Assembly: GCA_016214345.1 (NCBI GenBank)
Contig: JACROR010000011.1
Span: 1-48,100, forward strand
Reading direction: 5' to 3'
Origin: Candidatus Niyogibacteria bacterium
Lineage (GTDB): Bacteria; Patescibacteriota; Minisyncoccia; JACROR01
DNA: 48,100 nt
In this document: one piece after another, positions 8,982-18,663 of the stretch
How positions within the stretch are numbered: the first letter of the stretch is position 1
Layout of the letters: each line of letters opens with the position of its first letter
Position numbers and translations under genes: made by a program
Notes under the pieces: generated by a model
What the model was told of the DNA's origin: nothing
Databases searched by the model: none
Seen by the model: the letters and a program-made list of their open reading frames with translations, nothing else

Positions 8982-9506
8982 TCATTTTGTAGCTCGGCGG
9001 TTTTTCATTACATAAAAAATAAGAATTCCTGAAAGAATGCCTACAACCGCCCCGCCTAAAATATCCGCCGGCCAATGAATACCGCCAACCACTCGGGATA
9101 TGGAAATTAAAACCGCGCCTGCAAAAAATACGCTGCCCCAAACGCGATCGTACAAAAACACGACCATAGCCAAAGCGAAGAAAAACGCCGCGTGCCCGGA
9201 AGGAAAAGCTGAACCAGTACTATGATCAATCAATCGGTAAACGTCCACTACCTCAAACGGCCGCGGTTTGGCATAAAAAAATCGGATGATCTCCGTGACA
9301 ATAAAGCGCGAAAATAAAACCGCGATCAAAGAATCTATCAACATCCGAAAACCGCGCTGATTGCGATAAAAAATGGCGAGCGCCACAAGTCCACCTACCA
9401 GCCAATACTCCAAATAGCTCGCCAAAAAAATAAAAAATGTATCCAGCCAATCAAATCTCCCAGCGAAACTATTTAAATAATTAAATAAAGTAAGATCCAT
9501 AATCAA
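8982..9506 (-). CDS. PAP2 family phosphatase (BcrC-like undecaprenyl-diphosphatase)
   Basis: KPRPF, FPSGHA and SRVVGGIHWPADI motifs; hydrophobic. Confidence 0.92.
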   Translation of the reverse strand: MIMDLTLFNYLNSFAGRFDWLDTFFIFLASYLEYWLVGGLVALAIFYRNQRGFRMLIDSLIAVLFSRFIVTEIIRFFYAKPRPFEVVDVYRLIDHSTGSAFPSGHAAFFFALAMVVFLYDRVWGSVFFAGAVLISISRVVGGIHWPADILGGAVVGILSGILIFYVMKNRRATK

Positions 9507-9517
9507 ATGCCGCTAAA

Positions 9518-10156
9518 TTAAGTATAACTCATGCGACTATTAATGTCCTCCTCGCTTACCGCCCCCTCCCGTAACATCTTTGGCGGCCATATCGTGCAAT
9601 CAACCACGGTGGATGACCTACTCTCTGGCAAATCACCCACGTCCAACAAATAATCCGGCCCAAACGGAACGCGCCTAAATTCCGCTGCCACTTCTTCCGC
9701 GCTTGATAAAGAATTTCTACCAGATAAATTGGCCGATGTGCCGGTAACAGGCCCGCCGAATTTTTCCATGATTTTCAAAATTAGACGATAATCAGGCATG
9801 CGAACTCCGATAGTCAAACCTCCCTCCCGCACACCGAACGGCATCCAGCCGCGGGACGGCAGAACGCAAGTTACTTTGCCGGGCCAAACTCGAGACAAAA
9901 ATTCTTTTACGCGGAGATCGGAAACGAACGCGACCTCATCCAACATCACAAAGGAAGAAATAAAAACCGGCAAAGCTTTCTCAAGGCCGCGCCCCTTTAT
10001 CGTAAAAACCCGCTCTATCGCCTGTTCATTTTTCGCGTTAGCGATCAAACCATAAACCGTATCCGTGGGTGCCGCCAAAACTTTTCCTTGCTTCAAAAAA
10101 GCCGCTGCGCGGCTCACAATTTCCTCTTCGTTATTTTTTACTGGAATGCGCTCCAT
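9518..10156 (-). CDS. tsaC: L-threonylcarbamoyladenylate synthase (Sua5/TsaC)
   Basis: PTDTVYGL, KGR, WPGKVT, GVRMPD, TSANLSG, SSTVVD. Confidence 0.95.
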   Translation of the reverse strand: MERIPVKNNEEEIVSRAAAFLKQGKVLAAPTDTVYGLIANAKNEQAIERVFTIKGRGLEKALPVFISSFVMLDEVAFVSDLRVKEFLSRVWPGKVTCVLPSRGWMPFGVREGGLTIGVRMPDYRLILKIMEKFGGPVTGTSANLSGRNSLSSAEEVAAEFRRVPFGPDYLLDVGDLPESRSSTVVDCTIWPPKMLREGAVSEEDINSRMSYT

Positions 10157-10160
10157 TACT

Positions 10161-10844
10161 TCATTCTTTATTTGCTAAAATTCGCTCGGCCCGCGTCAGA
10201 TCTTCCGGGCGCCCCACGGGAATCCACTCCGAAGAAATTTCTCCGAAAAATACGTGATCTTTCATCATTTTACTGATGGCGCTCGTCAAATAATATTCCC
10301 CGCTCTCGCTTTTTTCCGCTTCATAGTTAAAAATTCTCCCGTCCAAAACCATGGGCCCCGTGGAAACCATATGGGATTGGGGTTGCTCGGGTTTTTCTTC
10401 AATATCAATTATTTTATTTTCCCCGTCCATCATCACCACGCCAAAAGGCCGCGGGTCTTCCACTTCTTTGACAGAAATAGCGAGATCGCGCGAAGCCAAA
10501 CGGCAAAGCCCTTCTTTTCCATGTATATCATCCGCGTAAAGCATCATGAATTTTTCATCGCCCAACAATCCGCGGCAAAGCCCAAGCGCGTGCGCCGTAC
10601 CCAGCTTCTCTTTCTGCCAGACATAATTTATTTTCTTGCCTTGAAAATTCTCACCTAAAAAATTCCGGATCTTATCTCCCAAATATCCGACAACCAAAAT
10701 AAGTTCGTCCGCCTCCGGCGGCAACGCGCCGATCGCGTATTCGATCAAAGTTTTTCCGCGCACTTTAAGCAACGGCTTGGGAGTATTTAAAGTAAGCGGC
10801 AACATGCGCACACCCTCTCCCGCCGCCAAAATAACAGCTCGCAT
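10161..10844 (-). CDS. Sugar-phosphate nucleotidyltransferase (GlmU/RmlA-like NTP transferase)
   Basis: AVILAAGEGVRMLPLT..PKPLL, LGTAHA, EEKP; directly downstream of glmS. Confidence 0.9.
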   Translation of the reverse strand: MRAVILAAGEGVRMLPLTLNTPKPLLKVRGKTLIEYAIGALPPEADELILVVGYLGDKIRNFLGENFQGKKINYVWQKEKLGTAHALGLCRGLLGDEKFMMLYADDIHGKEGLCRLASRDLAISVKEVEDPRPFGVVMMDGENKIIDIEEKPEQPQSHMVSTGPMVLDGRIFNYEAEKSESGEYYLTSAISKMMKDHVFFGEISSEWIPVGRPEDLTRAERILANKE

Positions 10845-10890
10845 AATTTTTATTTACTAACACGAATCTGAACTTTTTTCCATTGCGCCC

Positions 10891-12723
10891 CTATTCCACC
10901 GTTACGGATTTGGCCAAATTTCTCGGCTTATCCACATCCGCTCCGCGCGCTATCGCCATATGATACGCGAATAGTTGCAAAGGAATAACCGAAAGTATGG
11001 GCGAGATTGCCTCCGTCACTTTAGGCACAAAAATCACATCATCGGCGTGATTGCCGGTTTCTTTATCTCCATTCTCACATATGGCAATAATTTTACCGCG
11101 GCGCGCCTTAATTTCCTGCATATTGGACAAAGTTTTATCGTAAACGCTATCCCGCAAAGCAATAACCACCGATGGAAAATCTTTATCAATAACCGCAATA
11201 GGGCCGTGTTTCATCTCACCCGCCGGATAACCTTCAGCGTGCACATAAGATATTTCTTTTAATTTTAAAGCTCCCTCCAAGGCCACGGGCCAGCTGTATT
11301 TTCTGCCCAAATACAAAAAATTGGGAAATTTCTTGTAACGCCCGGCCATGGCCTTTATCTGGGCGTCCTGTTTCAAGATTTTCACTATCTTATCGGGAAG
11401 CGCGAGCATATCCGCCAATATAACCTTTGCCTGCTCCGAAGTCAGAAGCCTCATACGTCCTATGTAAACCGCCATAAGCGCGAGCACCACCAATTGCGAT
11501 ATGAAGGCTTTGGTGGAGGCCACGGCGATTTCCGGCCCCGCGTGATTATAAACTCCGGCGTGCACCTCGCGCGCTATGGTTGACCCCACGACATTCACGA
11601 TGCCTAAAGTCAAAAGTCCTTTTCGTTTGGCTTCTTTAATGGCCTCCAAGGTATCCGCGGTTTCTCCGGATTGGGAAATGGCGATTACGGCGGTATTTTT
11701 ATCCAACGGCAATGAATGGTAGCGAAACTCCGAAGCGTGCTCAACTTCAACGGGCACGCGCGCATATTCTTCAAAAAGATACTTGCCAACCAGCGCCGCG
11801 TAATAAGAAGTACCGCAAGCCACTATCACAAAACGGTTTACGTTATAGAGCCGCTCTTCCACCGGCTCCAAGCCGCCCAATTTCACTTCTCCATCTTTGT
11901 AAACTATTCTGCCACCTATGGTATTTTTAACCACCTGCGGAGCCTCAAAAATCTCTTTCTGCATAAAATGTTCAAATCCGCCTTTCTTGGATTCTTCTAT
12001 GTCCCAATCAATGGTATCAATGGTCTTATTAAGTTTCTTTTTGGAAAAATCAAAAATATCAAAACCGTCCGGAGTCAATACCACCATTTCATTATCATTT
12101 AAATAAATTACTTTTTTGGTGTGATTGACCACCGCGGCCGCGTCAGACGCCACGAAATATTCATCGTTTCCCACGCCAACTAAAAGTGGGGATCCGCGGC
12201 GCGCCGCGACCAACACATGAGGATTTTGAGAATCTATCACGGCAATGCCGAATGTTCCGGTCACATGGCGAAGCGCGTCTCGCACCGTGTCTTCCAGACT
12301 GCCCAATCCCAGTCCTCTCTCTATCAAATGCGCGAGCACTTCCGTATCGGTCGCGGAAATAAATTTATGTCCCTCGCGCGACAATACGCCCTTCAAAAAT
12401 TCATGATTTTCAATAATGCCGTTATGCACCACAAAAATCCGCTTATTGCAACAATGATGCGGATGCGCGTTGGCCACGGTAGGTTCGCCATGAGTCGCCC
12501 ATCTGGTATGGGCAATGGCGCAAGACGCGTTGGGAATAGAGCTTAATTTTTCCTCTAAAGACGCTATTTTACCGACAGATTTTTTTAAAAACGGATGAGA
12601 CAGATCGCTATGAAACCCAACTATGCCCGAAGAATCATAGCCACGGTATTCCAACCGCTTGATGCCTTCCAATGCCACCTTAATGGCGTTTTTTTTGCCT
12701 ATGTAACCGACTATTCCGCACAT
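10891..12723 (-). CDS. glmS: Glutamine--fructose-6-phosphate transaminase
   Basis: MCGIVG, LEYRGYDSSG, HTRWATHG, SQSGETADT, DKPRNLAKSVTVE. Confidence 0.99.
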   Translation of the reverse strand: MCGIVGYIGKKNAIKVALEGIKRLEYRGYDSSGIVGFHSDLSHPFLKKSVGKIASLEEKLSSIPNASCAIAHTRWATHGEPTVANAHPHHCCNKRIFVVHNGIIENHEFLKGVLSREGHKFISATDTEVLAHLIERGLGLGSLEDTVRDALRHVTGTFGIAVIDSQNPHVLVAARRGSPLLVGVGNDEYFVASDAAAVVNHTKKVIYLNDNEMVVLTPDGFDIFDFSKKKLNKTIDTIDWDIEESKKGGFEHFMQKEIFEAPQVVKNTIGGRIVYKDGEVKLGGLEPVEERLYNVNRFVIVACGTSYYAALVGKYLFEEYARVPVEVEHASEFRYHSLPLDKNTAVIAISQSGETADTLEAIKEAKRKGLLTLGIVNVVGSTIAREVHAGVYNHAGPEIAVASTKAFISQLVVLALMAVYIGRMRLLTSEQAKVILADMLALPDKIVKILKQDAQIKAMAGRYKKFPNFLYLGRKYSWPVALEGALKLKEISYVHAEGYPAGEMKHGPIAVIDKDFPSVVIALRDSVYDKTLSNMQEIKARRGKIIAICENGDKETGNHADDVIFVPKVTEAISPILSVIPLQLFAYHMAIARGADVDKPRNLAKSVTVE

Positions 12724-12767
12724 GGTTGATTTTCTTAATTGAGCGAAGCGAGATTTTGAAAATCGCC

Positions 12768-12866
12768 ACCCCTCACCTTTTAATTATTTTTTTAATATCT
12801 GCAGATTTTAAATTATTCGCGCTAATTTTTATCCTAATGCAATTTAATTTGCCAAAGGTGAGGGGT
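12768..12866. repeat. CCCCWCAC-family 13-bp inverted repeat enclosing a 73-nt AT-rich spacer
   Basis: ACCCCTCACCTTT (12768-80) / AAAGGTGAGGGGT (12854-66). An adjacent hairpin at 12728-12764 has GAGCGAAGCGA in its loop. Confidence 0.75.
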
Positions 12867-12926
12867 TCTCAAAAATTATAACCGCTTTGCTTCTTAATTT
12901 TTGGAAAATTGGTGCGGGATAACAAT

Positions 12927-13676
12927 TTATTTCAATAATTTCCATAATTGCTTGAATAAAATACGCTGCGTTTCCGAAATTTTATTATCCCGTATGATAA
13001 CTCCGAACGGCTTATTATCCTCGGCCACGGAAATGAGCGCCACCTTCGGACCGTACACCAAAACATAAGAAGGCGCGTCCTGGGGCAGCCACTTTCTTTC
13101 CGCCAATTTAATATTAACCGGATCACCGCCCTCTCCCAAAGCAATCACGCGGGTTTCAATGCCTTTTTTAATTTTTTCCTTGGTAAATTCCGGAAACAGA
13201 CGATAAAGATAATCGCGCACAGAGCGGGAAGAATAAACGTAATATATTTTTTCGGACAATACTTCAGTGGTGGCCAATACATCGTCCAAAATTTTTTTAA
13301 TCCCGCTGTCATCGTCAAAATATTCCACCGAGGGCCTGCCTCCCTGCTTGGCATAAAAAGACATCAGGGTGGGCATGGCCCGTTCAATTTTCTTTTTTTG
13401 GGAAATCAAATTTTGCTCGGTGCCCCGCAAAACATCCAAAACTTTTTCCGGAGATTCAACTAAAAAACGTCTTTTTAATCCGTATCTCTCTGAGGATACC
13501 AAACCTTTGCCGCTCAAACTGTTTAAAATATCATGCACTGTGCCACGATTGATGCCCGTGCGCTCCGCGATAGTCCGTATGGCGGCTGAACCCAAAGGAA
13601 GCATGGCCGCGTAAACCGCGGATTCTTTTTCGTCCAACCCTATGGATTTAAAAATAGATTGTATTTCCGGAGGCAT
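12927..13676 (-). CDS. TrmB family transcriptional regulator
   Basis: N-terminal wHTH (GLDEKESAVY..IAERTGINRGTVHDILNSLSGKGLV) plus TrmB-like C-terminal domain. Confidence 0.88.
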   Translation of the reverse strand: MPPEIQSIFKSIGLDEKESAVYAAMLPLGSAAIRTIAERTGINRGTVHDILNSLSGKGLVSSERYGLKRRFLVESPEKVLDVLRGTEQNLISQKKKIERAMPTLMSFYAKQGGRPSVEYFDDDSGIKKILDDVLATTEVLSEKIYYVYSSRSVRDYLYRLFPEFTKEKIKKGIETRVIALGEGGDPVNIKLAERKWLPQDAPSYVLVYGPKVALISVAEDNKPFGVIIRDNKISETQRILFKQLWKLLK

Positions 13677-13762
13677 AAAATAAATAAACTAATCCTTATT
13701 ACTTAAAGATATGGTGACTTCGGCATTTTGTCAAAGAAGTTTCTGCATGCCTGTGGAAAAAT

Positions 13763-13794
13763 CAAAACAACGGCTTATTTAAGCCGTTGTTTTG
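13763..13794 (-). terminator. Intrinsic terminator after leuS
   Basis: CAAAACAACGGCTTA-tt-TAAGCCGTTGTTTTG. Confidence 0.7.
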
Positions 13795-13812
13795 GACTTA
13801 ATCTGTCAATGA

Positions 13813-16218
13813 TTATATAACAATATTCACCAACCTGCCACGAACCACAATCACCTTTTTAGGATCCTTGCCCTCTAGTAGTTCTTTGATACGCGGCTGT
13901 TTCAAGGCAAATTCCCGCAAACCGTCCTCCCCCAAATCAGCGTCAACCTCTGCCTTGTCGCGCACCTTACCATTTATTTGAATAACAAGCTCATAAACTT
14001 CTTCTTTAACTAGTTCGGGATTATATTCCGGCCATTTTTCCGAATGTATGGAAGTTTTATGGCCAAGTTGCTCCCAAATTTCTTCGGCCATGTGCGGCGC
14101 GAACGGCGCCAATATTTTTATGAATAATTCGTAAACTCCGCGAGACAATTCTTCTTGTTCGTCCATAGCGTTGGTGAATATCATCAACTGCGATATGGCC
14201 GTATTGAACCTAAAACCCTCAATATCCTCGGAAACTTTTTTGATAGTTTGATGCGATAATTTTTCCATATTTCCGCCGGACTGAGAATCAATCAAATTAT
14301 TTTGCGCTCTCCACGCCTTTTCCAAAAATCTCCTGGCGCCGATAATACTCTCCGAACTCCAAGCCACCGTCTGGTCAAAGGGACCCATGAACATCTCATA
14401 AACGCGAAGCGTGTCGGCGCCATAAGCCTCCACGATATCATCAGGATTAACCACATTGCCGTAACGCTTGCTCATTTTTTTGCCGTCTTTCGCGGTGATC
14501 AATCCCACGTTCTGCAGCCGCGAAAACGGCTCCGGATGATCAACCACGCCCAGATCATACAAAAACTTGTGCCAAAAACGCGCGTAGATCAGATGGCGCG
14601 TGGCGTGTTCCGCTCCTCCCACGTAAACATCCACGGGCGACCAATATTTTTCTTTTTTCTTATCAACCAATTCCTTGCCATTTTGCGGATCAATATATCG
14701 CAAATAATACCAACTGGAACCGGCCCACTGGGGCATGGTGTTGGTTTCCCTCTTGCCTTTCCCACTACATTTGGGACATTTCACGTTTACCCACTCGGCA
14801 ATATTGGCAAGCGGAGATTCGCCCGTACCCATCGGCTCGTAAAACTTCACTTCCGGCAATTTAACCGGCAGATCGCTCTCCGGCACCGCTACCACTCCGC
14901 ATTTTTCACAATGGATAAGCGGGATGGGCTCGCCCCAATAACGCTGGCGCGAAAATACCCAATCGCGCAATTTGTATTTAACGGTTGTTTTTCCTCCCAC
15001 AAATTCAGTTATGGATTTTTTAGCTTTTTCCGCATCCATACCGTTAAATTTGCCCGAACTGACCAATTTACCATCTCCGATGTATGCGTCTTCCAACACG
15101 GGACATTTCGGTTCCGGATAAAACTGGCAGATTACTTGTTTAATCGGCAATTTAAATTTTTTGGCAAAAACCCAGTCACGCTCATCATGCGCCGGCACCG
15201 CCATAACCGCTCCGGTCCCATAATGCGCCAAAACGTAATCGGCTATAAAAATGGGTAGCTCCTCTCCATTGGCGGGATTGATCGCTTTCACGCCTTGCAG
15301 CTTCACTCCGGTTTTTTCTTTGTCTGCAGCCGTCCGTTCTATTTCAGGCTTATTTCTTGAAACCTCTATGTATTCCGCGGCTTTTTTCCAATTGTTTATT
15401 TCAGGCCGCAGCGCTTTCACCAATTCATGTTCCGGCGCGAGCGCCACGTAAGTCGCGCCGAAAAGCGTATCCGCTCTCGTGGTGAAAACTTTTATCTTAA
15501 AGTCCGTTCCTTTGATCGTGAAATCGATCTCCGCGCCCTCGGAACGGCCTATCCAATTTCTTTGCGATTCCTTGATGGATGCCGGCCAATTCAAACCTTC
15601 CAAGTCTTGGAGCAATCTATCGGCATAATCCGTGATCCGCAAAACCCACTGCCGTAACGGCCGTTTCTCAACGATACTACCGCATCTCTCACACTTGCCA
15701 CCCTCCAGATCTTCATTGGCCAACCCGGTTTTGCAAGACGGACACCAATTGATCGGCTCATGCGATTCATAAGCCAAACCACGCTCGAACAATTTCAAAA
15801 ATATCCACTGCGTCCACCGATAATATTCCGGATTCGTGGTATTGATCTCCCTATCCCAATCGTAATTAAATCCCAGCAATGATAATTGTTCCTTAAAGCG
15901 CGCGATGTTTTTTTTCACCGCTACGCGCGGATGGAGTTTATTTTTGATCGCGAAATTTTCCGCAGGAAGCCCGAAAGCATCCCAACCCATAGGATGCAAA
16001 ACGGCAAAACCGTTCATCCGCTTGAAGCGCGAGTAAATATCGCTCGCGAAATATCCTTTGGGATGCCCCACATGCAGGCCATCTCCGGAGGGATACGGGA
16101 ACATGTCCAAAACATAACTTTTAGGGCCCTTCAAAGTATCCGATATTTTATACAAACCGCTCTTTTCCCACGCCTCGCGCCATTTTTTTTCTATTTTTTT
16201 ATGATTATATTCAGCCAT
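13813..16218 (-). CDS. leuS: Leucine--tRNA ligase
   Basis: MFPYPSGDGLHVGH, MGWDAFGLPAEN, DWVFSRQRYWGEPIP, KMSKR. Confidence 0.99.
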   Translation of the reverse strand: MAEYNHKKIEKKWREAWEKSGLYKISDTLKGPKSYVLDMFPYPSGDGLHVGHPKGYFASDIYSRFKRMNGFAVLHPMGWDAFGLPAENFAIKNKLHPRVAVKKNIARFKEQLSLLGFNYDWDREINTTNPEYYRWTQWIFLKLFERGLAYESHEPINWCPSCKTGLANEDLEGGKCERCGSIVEKRPLRQWVLRITDYADRLLQDLEGLNWPASIKESQRNWIGRSEGAEIDFTIKGTDFKIKVFTTRADTLFGATYVALAPEHELVKALRPEINNWKKAAEYIEVSRNKPEIERTAADKEKTGVKLQGVKAINPANGEELPIFIADYVLAHYGTGAVMAVPAHDERDWVFAKKFKLPIKQVICQFYPEPKCPVLEDAYIGDGKLVSSGKFNGMDAEKAKKSITEFVGGKTTVKYKLRDWVFSRQRYWGEPIPLIHCEKCGVVAVPESDLPVKLPEVKFYEPMGTGESPLANIAEWVNVKCPKCSGKGKRETNTMPQWAGSSWYYLRYIDPQNGKELVDKKKEKYWSPVDVYVGGAEHATRHLIYARFWHKFLYDLGVVDHPEPFSRLQNVGLITAKDGKKMSKRYGNVVNPDDIVEAYGADTLRVYEMFMGPFDQTVAWSSESIIGARRFLEKAWRAQNNLIDSQSGGNMEKLSHQTIKKVSEDIEGFRFNTAISQLMIFTNAMDEQEELSRGVYELFIKILAPFAPHMAEEIWEQLGHKTSIHSEKWPEYNPELVKEEVYELVIQINGKVRDKAEVDADLGEDGLREFALKQPRIKELLEGKDPKKVIVVRGRLVNIVI

Positions 16219-16286
16219 AAGATAACTTTATTCTACTATCCTAAAATTTTTTTACAAAATACTGTACATGTTCTTATGTAAACCTC

Positions 16287-16321
16287 CCATAATGTGCGTG
16301 ACTCGGTGACGCACATTATGG
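16287..16321. repeat. REP-like palindrome left of RAYT
   Basis: CCATAATGTGCGT-gactcggtg-ACGCACATTATGG. Confidence 0.88.
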
Positions 16322-16333
16322 TAAAATATCTCT

Positions 16334-16984
16334 ATGAGAAAATTTACTCCAGAAAAAGAAAATTTTTACCACATCGTAAATCGCGGAACCGAAAAACGAC
16401 GAATATTCCTGAATCACAAAGATTATGAAAGATTTATTGCCAATATGGTCGCCTTTAATACCGAAAACGATCCCCGACTTAATATTTCACGATATAATCT
16501 TAATAAAATTTTTCAGCACATCCCCACCAATCGGCTGGTTAAAATACATGCTTTCTGCCTACTACCGAACCACTTTCATTTATTATTAGAACAGTTGGCT
16601 GAAAACGGGATCTCTCGATTTATGCACAGATTAGAGATGGGCTATGCCAGATATTTTAATATTTTGCATAACAGAAACGGCAATCTTTTCCAGGGCGCAT
16701 ATAAATTGGTGCCAATGGAAGATGAGGCGCATCAATTATATTTACCTATTTATATCCACCTTAATCCGCTTGACTTGTTGCCGACTGAAAAACATTGGCG
16801 AGAAAATGGAATTAAAGATCACCACCAAGCCATGGCTTTTCTTAAAAAATATCCGTGGTCAAGTTTTACAGAATACTACGGAACTGGCAACCTCCCCTTC
16901 ATAAGCAAAGAATTACTAAATGATCTTTATAAAAATTCTGACGATTGGGATCGTGCAATAATGTCTTGGTCCTCCAAAAAGTAA
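16334..16984 (+). CDS. REP-associated tyrosine transposase (RAYT, HUH/Y1 family)
   Basis: YHIVNRG, AFCLLPNHFHLLL (HUH), GNLFQG, YIHLNP, YPWSS. AT-richer than its flanks. Confidence 0.92.
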   Translation: MRKFTPEKENFYHIVNRGTEKRRIFLNHKDYERFIANMVAFNTENDPRLNISRYNLNKIFQHIPTNRLVKIHAFCLLPNHFHLLLEQLAENGISRFMHRLEMGYARYFNILHNRNGNLFQGAYKLVPMEDEAHQLYLPIYIHLNPLDLLPTEKHWRENGIKDHHQAMAFLKKYPWSSFTEYYGTGNLPFISKELLNDLYKNSDDWDRAIMSWSSKK

Positions 16985-16995
16985 ATATCTTCTTA

Positions 16996-17028
16996 AAAAA
17001 TGTGCGTCACCGAGTCACGCACATTTTT
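16996..17028. repeat. REP-like palindrome right of RAYT (inverted copy)
   Basis: 16999-17025 is the exact reverse complement of 16291-16317 (27 nt). Confidence 0.88.
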
Positions 17029-17560
17029 ACAAAAAGCGAAACAAGCCCTTTAATACTAAAACGATCGCGGCGACCGTCGTAGCCTGGAACAACGCGCCTG
17101 ACCATGGTCCTTTCTTCCAACGATATGATGTATGAACAACGTGCGCTTTATAAAACCAAGAAAAAGGCGCGCAAGGAAAAATTATGAAAAACATGCTCGC
17201 AATATCCGGCAAAATTGCGCTGAAAGAAATCCATGAAAGCACTGCCAAATCCCACCAAGTGAAAGATAAGTTAAGCATCAAAAAAGCAATAGCCATGCCA
17301 AGCAATCCATCTAACGCCGCCCTGCTCAAATCTTTCAAAAATAACCGCCTATCCCGAGAAAACCCGCGCCTGTCGCGTCCTGCCTCGCCGCCTTCAACAA
17401 CGGAAGACAATTGATAATCCCAATGCGGAACGGCATCCGCCAGATAATGGCTCAAAACGGCAATTCCAAAAATCGCCGCCGCCTTAGGCGCGGTAAACGG
17501 ATGAGTCAAAAACGGCGCTACCGCGGCCGCGGTAATCACGACATGGGAAGAAATAATCAT
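17027..17560 (-). CDS. Membrane protein, putative metal-dependent hydrolase-like
   Basis: Multi-TM; SHV, SHYLADAVPHWD, LPD and HxxH motifs. Confidence 0.6.
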   Translation of the reverse strand: MIISSHVVITAAAVAPFLTHPFTAPKAAAIFGIAVLSHYLADAVPHWDYQLSSVVEGGEAGRDRRGFSRDRRLFLKDLSRAALDGLLGMAIAFLMLNLSFTWWDLAVLSWISFSAILPDIASMFFIIFPCAPFSWFYKAHVVHTSYRWKKGPWSGALFQATTVAAIVLVLKGLFRFL

Positions 17561-18381
17561 AAGCTTAAATTAAAAAAATTTATGGCGTTTTGCGTGGTAA
17601 TTTCCGCCACTTTTTCCAAAGACAAATTGCGCAATTCAGCGATTTTTTTAACGACCTCAATCGCATAAAGCGGCTCGTTTCTTTTACCGCGATATGGTTC
17701 GGGCGCCGCGTAAGGCGCGTCAGTTTCTATTAAAATTCTGTTCAAAGGCAGGCTCCGCAAATCGTCATAATGCGAATATTTGGCAAAAGTAATCACGCCG
17801 GTAAACGAAAGATAAAATCCCAAGCCTAAATATTTTTCCACATTTTCCCAACTGCCGGCGCCTCCGAAAAAATGCATATCCGCCGCAACGCCGGAATACT
17901 CTTGCAAAATATGCAAAAGATCTTCATGGGCATCGCGGCAATGTATCACCAGCGGCTTTTTTACCCGCAAAGAAAGCTCGATTTGTTGCCTGAAAATATC
18001 CTGCTGTTTTATTTTATCTTCTTCTTTTTTAACGTGAAAATAATCCAATCCGCATTCGCCTACGGCAACCACCTTATCTTTTTTCGCCAAATTTTCATAA
18101 AAATCCGCGTCAAAAACTCCCGCCTCTTCTACCTCTTCGGACATTTCATCCGTGTCATGAAAATGCTCTCCCGCGTGAATAGGATGCATGCCCACGGCGG
18201 CAAACATGCCGTCATAACGCTCCGCGATCTCCACCGCTTTTTGGGAAGTTACTTTCTGCGTTCCAATATTGACGCACCCGACTCCCGCACCGAGCGTTCT
18301 CTCAATCACCTCCTCCCTATCCGCGTCAAAAGCGGCGAAATTAAGATGAGAGTGGGCATCTATGAATTTTAATTTTTCCAT
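17557..18381 (-). CDS. tatD: TatD family DNase
   Basis: IDAHSHL, VGMHP, AVGECGLDY, IHCRDA, IETDAPY, GKRNEP. Confidence 0.96.
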   Translation of the reverse strand: MEKLKFIDAHSHLNFAAFDADREEVIERTLGAGVGCVNIGTQKVTSQKAVEIAERYDGMFAAVGMHPIHAGEHFHDTDEMSEEVEEAGVFDADFYENLAKKDKVVAVGECGLDYFHVKKEEDKIKQQDIFRQQIELSLRVKKPLVIHCRDAHEDLLHILQEYSGVAADMHFFGGAGSWENVEKYLGLGFYLSFTGVITFAKYSHYDDLRSLPLNRILIETDAPYAAPEPYRGKRNEPLYAIEVVKKIAELRNLSLEKVAEITTQNAINFFNLSL

Positions 18382-18399
18382 ACCAGCACAAATAAAATT

Positions 18400-18663
18400 T
18401 TATTCCAAAGACATGATCTGCAAACCGTTTTCTTCTATTTCCTTTTTCTGGCCAAAATCATCCGATTTGAAACGCAAAACATAACCAACTTTCTTTTCTA
18501 TTTTTCTGCCCGTATATCTAGAGGTTTGTGGATCCCACTCTTCAAGCATCAGTGTATCGCCTTCCGCCGCCTCAAAATCAGCCGTCCTTACTTCAAATTT
18601 TTTCTTGCCAAACGCCACCAGTTCAAAAAATTCCGGCCAAATTTTCTTTTTGATCAATGCCAT
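18400..18663 (-). CDS. DUF3850/ASCH-like (PUA fold) small protein
   Basis: KIWPEFFELV..GKKKFEVR..DF..GD.L.LEEWDP....YTGR; start overlaps the metG stop. Confidence 0.8.
   Translation of the reverse strand: MALIKKKIWPEFFELVAFGKKKFEVRTADFEAAEGDTLMLEEWDPQTSRYTGRKIEKKVGYVLRFKSDDFGQKKEIEENGLQIMSLE

Noticed and set aside
12724-12926. glmS ribozyme upstream of glmS
   Set aside because: No AGCGCC cleavage-site core found on the minus strand; the region is explained by the CCCCTCAC repeat and the GAGCGAAGCGA hairpin.
14302-15258. 318-aa plus-strand ORF and other long antisense ORFs (23177-23842, 29402-30034)
   Set aside because: Opposite to well-supported aaRS genes, with no recognisable motifs; typical shadow ORFs.
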